Assembly (NCBI GenBank): GCA_964413595.1
Contig: CAYPSR010000001.1
Location: forward strand, 1 to 63,182
DNA from: an uncultured Candidatus Saccharibacteria bacterium
GTDB taxonomy: Bacteria; Patescibacteriota; UBA1384; DATEAH01; CAYPSR01
Length of the DNA: 63,182 nucleotides
Direction: 5' to 3'
Below are positions 61,140 through 63,182 of the stretch, in pieces; position 1 is the first letter of the stretch, and every line of letters starts with the position of its first letter. The position numbers and the translations under genes were made by a program. The notes under the pieces were generated by a model. That model did no database searches, had not been told where the DNA came from, and saw nothing but the letters and a program-made list of their open reading frames with translations.

Positions 61140-61928
61140 CTATTCTTCTTTATGAATTTGTATTTCTCGAATCATATTGTAAGATATTCCACGTTCAATC
61201 CCATCACTTTCAACAACAAAATGTAAATCCAATCCTTGATTTCGAAATATAACATTTGTCATGTTTAAATTTGATATCAGAATAACTTCGGAAGCCACAT
61301 GCTTTAATTTGTAACCACCTTTTCCGTCTGGCTCGTATAGAGGAGAATCATAAATTACGATATCGACTGGCCCAATATCTTTTATTTTTTCAAAAGCGTT
61401 CTGAATTGCTATCGATTCCAAATGACAAACACTAGCAAATGACTCATGACCACCTGCTCGACCAATCTGACCCAAAGAATGTATGACCTGCTCTTGGAAG
61501 TCCTTCAATCTCCCTTGTTTCTGTTCTAAGGTTATGCCCCCTTCCTCCTCCTCGGCCCTTGCAAATTGTTCTTCAATAAATTCTGCTACCTCTTCCCCCT
61601 CCTCGACTTGTTTTGAGGCTTCTGGTTGACTTGCGTCTTCAATTTCTAAAACATTTTTTACTGGAATTGCATCAAAACCCAGTTGATAATTATGGCCAAT
61701 TGATAATTTTGAGGTTCTGTCCAATGTTGCTTTACCAGTTTCGCGATTAATTAAAAATGTTTGATGTTCAACATATGTTCCTTTCGGATCAAATGTAATT
61801 TGCATTTTTTCTGGCAATAAACCTGGTATATTTATTAATTCATCAACAAAACGATTTAAAACCTCAAGCTTTACCGACTCTTCTGGAGCGCTCGCATAAC
61901 TTCTTACAGATAAAAGAAAATTCAACAA
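61140..61928 (-). CDS. hypothetical acidic two-module protein (family with 29158..30249)
   Basis: Module ends 'DAIPVKNVLEIED' and 'GISYNMIREIQIH'. Linker 'AEEEEGGITLEQKQ'. The start is uncertain (TTG in the track; no ATG before Met42). Confidence 0.6.
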   Translation of the reverse strand: MLNFLLSVRSYASAPEESVKLEVLNRFVDELINIPGLLPEKMQITFDPKGTYVEHQTFLINRETGKATLDRTSKLSIGHNYQLGFDAIPVKNVLEIEDASQPEASKQVEEGEEVAEFIEEQFARAEEEEGGITLEQKQGRLKDFQEQVIHSLGQIGRAGGHESFASVCHLESIAIQNAFEKIKDIGPVDIVIYDSPLYEPDGKGGYKLKHVASEVILISNLNMTNVIFRNQGLDLHFVVESDGIERGISYNMIREIQIHKEE

Positions 61929-61941
61929 CCCGGGTTCTCGT

Positions 61942-62175
61942 TCACGTAATTCCTGCTAAGCCTCTGTAGCGGCTGTTCCATTTCCTCGGTTTAATAAAAA
62001 ATCTAAAACATTCTGCACTCTTTTCAAAATCTCCAAAACCGCCATCGGATCTAGTTTCTGTTCCCCTTGATTCAGCATCTTGCATGGCTTCGTCAAATAC
62101 TTGTCTAAATTTTTGGCTATCTTGTCTTAACCGATCTAGCTGTTTATCCCCTTCCCCAATTAAATGTTCTCCCAT
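61942..62175 (-). CDS. hypothetical small protein
   Basis: GGAGG 5 nt upstream of the ATG. Acidic N-terminus and a basic tail that may reflect a frame problem near a T6 run. Confidence 0.45.
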   Translation of the reverse strand: MGEHLIGEGDKQLDRLRQDSQKFRQVFDEAMQDAESRGTETRSDGGFGDFEKSAECFRFFIKPRKWNSRYRGLAGIT

Positions 62176-62211
62176 AAAACCTCCAATAAAATATTAAATT
62201 ATTTATACTTT

Positions 62212-62682
62212 TTATTCTTCACTTAATTCTATTCCCCTTAAATCATCAAGAAAAACTACTTTTCTCAAACCGCCTGGTAAAGTAATCTCTAAAAAATCTA
62301 CTTCAATTTGATGATCGTCATTAAGATCAATAACACAACGCACTTCAGCCTGAAGATATTCTCCAATGTGGGTTATGCGTTTTTTTGGATCTACACCGTC
62401 TCTGGAAGAATCAAAACCAACAACAAATTTGTTGCTAGAAAAAAACCCTTCATTTTGTAATTTTTCAAGCCAATAAGAAAGACCTTTGTCTAATTCAGCA
62501 ACTGCTTCTTGACACTTCATAATTTCATTCATATGGCACGGAAGCAAAGATTCAGGAATTGATTTTAAATCTTCTCTCATGCCCAACGCAGAATTTATCA
62601 TAACCAAAGTCGCCAAATGCTGTTTTTCTTGTTCCCCCGATATTTCACCGCCTGTTTGTGCTTCTGGATGTCCTAATGTCAT
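62212..62682 (-). CDS. hypothetical acidic one-module protein
   Basis: Ends 'VVFLDDLRGIELSEE'. Start overlaps the upstream stop (ATGA). Confidence 0.6.
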   Translation of the reverse strand: MTLGHPEAQTGGEISGEQEKQHLATLVMINSALGMREDLKSIPESLLPCHMNEIMKCQEAVAELDKGLSYWLEKLQNEGFFSSNKFVVGFDSSRDGVDPKKRITHIGEYLQAEVRCVIDLNDDHQIEVDFLEITLPGGLRKVVFLDDLRGIELSEE

Positions 62683-63182
62683 TTTTGCTCCTGTTTTGTT
62701 GGTTCTACTTTTTGAATTGAAGAAACTGGAATTATAATATCTTTCCCTTCAATTTCAAGTGTCAATAATATTAAATTGGTTGTCATCCCCCATCTTGGAT
62801 CATCAACTTGTTCCATCACATTTGGTTCTGGCATTTTTAACCGACCTTGAACAATTGGATCTTCAATAAAATATTCTCCATGATTCAATGAATTTACACA
62901 ATCTATATTATCAGGATCATTTAATAAAAAAACTTTTGCCATTTCCCCTTCTCGCAAACCAAATTCTCCAATTATCCATTCTAAATCTGCTTTCAATCTA
63001 TCTGGTTGAAATTGTATTGCAAAAGTCTGAAGCGCTTCTAAATGATCAAGAGCTTCTGAAATATCTGATGCTTGTTCTTGATCTTCTGGCAACCCAAAAA
63101 ATTCCGCCGCAATTTCGCCGAATCCCTCCACCGCCTGTGCTTCTAATCGTGCCGGATATGGATTTTGATCACTGCGCGAAAC
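62679..63182 (-). CDS. hypothetical acidic one-module protein, probably truncated by the window edge
   Basis: The track start at 63131 is a GTG without SD. The frame stays open to 63182 (VSRSDQNPYPARLEAQAV...). Ends 'IIIPVSSIQKVEP'. Confidence 0.55.
   Translation of the reverse strand, partial: VSRSDQNPYPARLEAQAVEGFGEIAAEFFGLPEDQEQASDISEALDHLEALQTFAIQFQPDRLKADLEWIIGEFGLREGEMAKVFLLNDPDNIDCVNSLNHGEYFIEDPIVQGRLKMPEPNVMEQVDDPRWGMTTNLILLTLEIEGKDIIIPVSSIQKVEPTKQEQK

Noticed and set aside
61928-62175. 61942..62175 and 61140..61928 being one gene split by a frameshift
   Set aside because: The two ORFs are in different frames, and both alternative frames hit stops (TGA at 61942, TAG at about 61953) before they can be joined. 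No single-base correction that I tried gives a continuous frame.
1-63182. Genome-wide reassignment or readthrough of TAA, suggested by in-frame TAA codons in recJ and the 1458 membrane gene
   Set aside because: TAA terminates well-defined genes at their expected ends (argS at its conserved C-terminal Met, msrA, msrB, alr). Most ORFs do not extend plausibly past TAA. Two isolated cases fit nonsense mutations or sequence errors better.
1-63182. Prophage, integrative element or IS as an explanation for the atypical-composition islets
   Set aside because: No integrase, transposase, recombinase, capsid, terminase or conjugation motifs were seen. The islets are 0.3-2 kb, single to four genes, and are flanked only by short hairpin repeats.

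Overview
AT-rich (roughly 30% GC by eye), gene-dense bacterial window. About 90% of genes are on the minus strand. Small proteins, many four-helix-bundle and GxxExxY genes, and PEP-utilizer swivel-only proteins point to a reduced Patescibacteria/CPR-like genome; this is an inference and no database search was possible. The housekeeping backbone comprises: msrA-msrB; argS, tyrS and glyQS; a class A PBP; a PIN/TRAM gene next to radA; recJ; a dcw-type cell-wall cluster (mraZ, ftsL-like, ftsI, murF, mraY, ftsW, murG, LCP, murB, ftsQ-like); alr-recO; and DNA-repair genes (mutM, LigD-type 3'-phosphoesterase, NUDIX, EndoQ-like, AlkD-like, SPL-type radical SAM). Several layers are not explained by this backbone. 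(1) An island splitting the dcw cluster encodes a complete LexA fused in frame to a Dcm-type C5-cytosine methyltransferase, convergent with a small PD-(D/E)xK nuclease. This is my top candidate for a new system: a damage-wired restriction-modification module. (2) At least six islets of visibly GC-richer genes encode acidic orphan proteins, and these fall into paralogous families. One family shares a repeated module ending in [IV]-[PSF]-x-x-x-[ILV]-x-x-[IM] (61140-63182 and 29158-30249). Another occurs once as a single 321-aa gene and once split into 210 + 87 aa (49932-52704). (3) Two swivel-domain-only PEP-utilizer proteins flank a histidine phosphatase and face a PP2C-like membrane protein. 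(4) Many families of intergenic hairpin, TIR and heptamer-word repeats are present. Some flank IVS-protein genes like cassettes, some donate Shine-Dalgarno sequences, and some run into coding sequence. (5) Three genes are disrupted: in-frame TAA in recJ and in a membrane protein, and a poly-A frameshift in a NUDIX gene. (6) A GTGG(G/A) direct-repeat array upstream of mraZ also reads as DnaA boxes. No rRNA, intact tRNA, CRISPR array, transposase, integrase or phage structural gene was recognised. All calls come from reading motifs by eye; coordinates of short elements may be off by a base or two.
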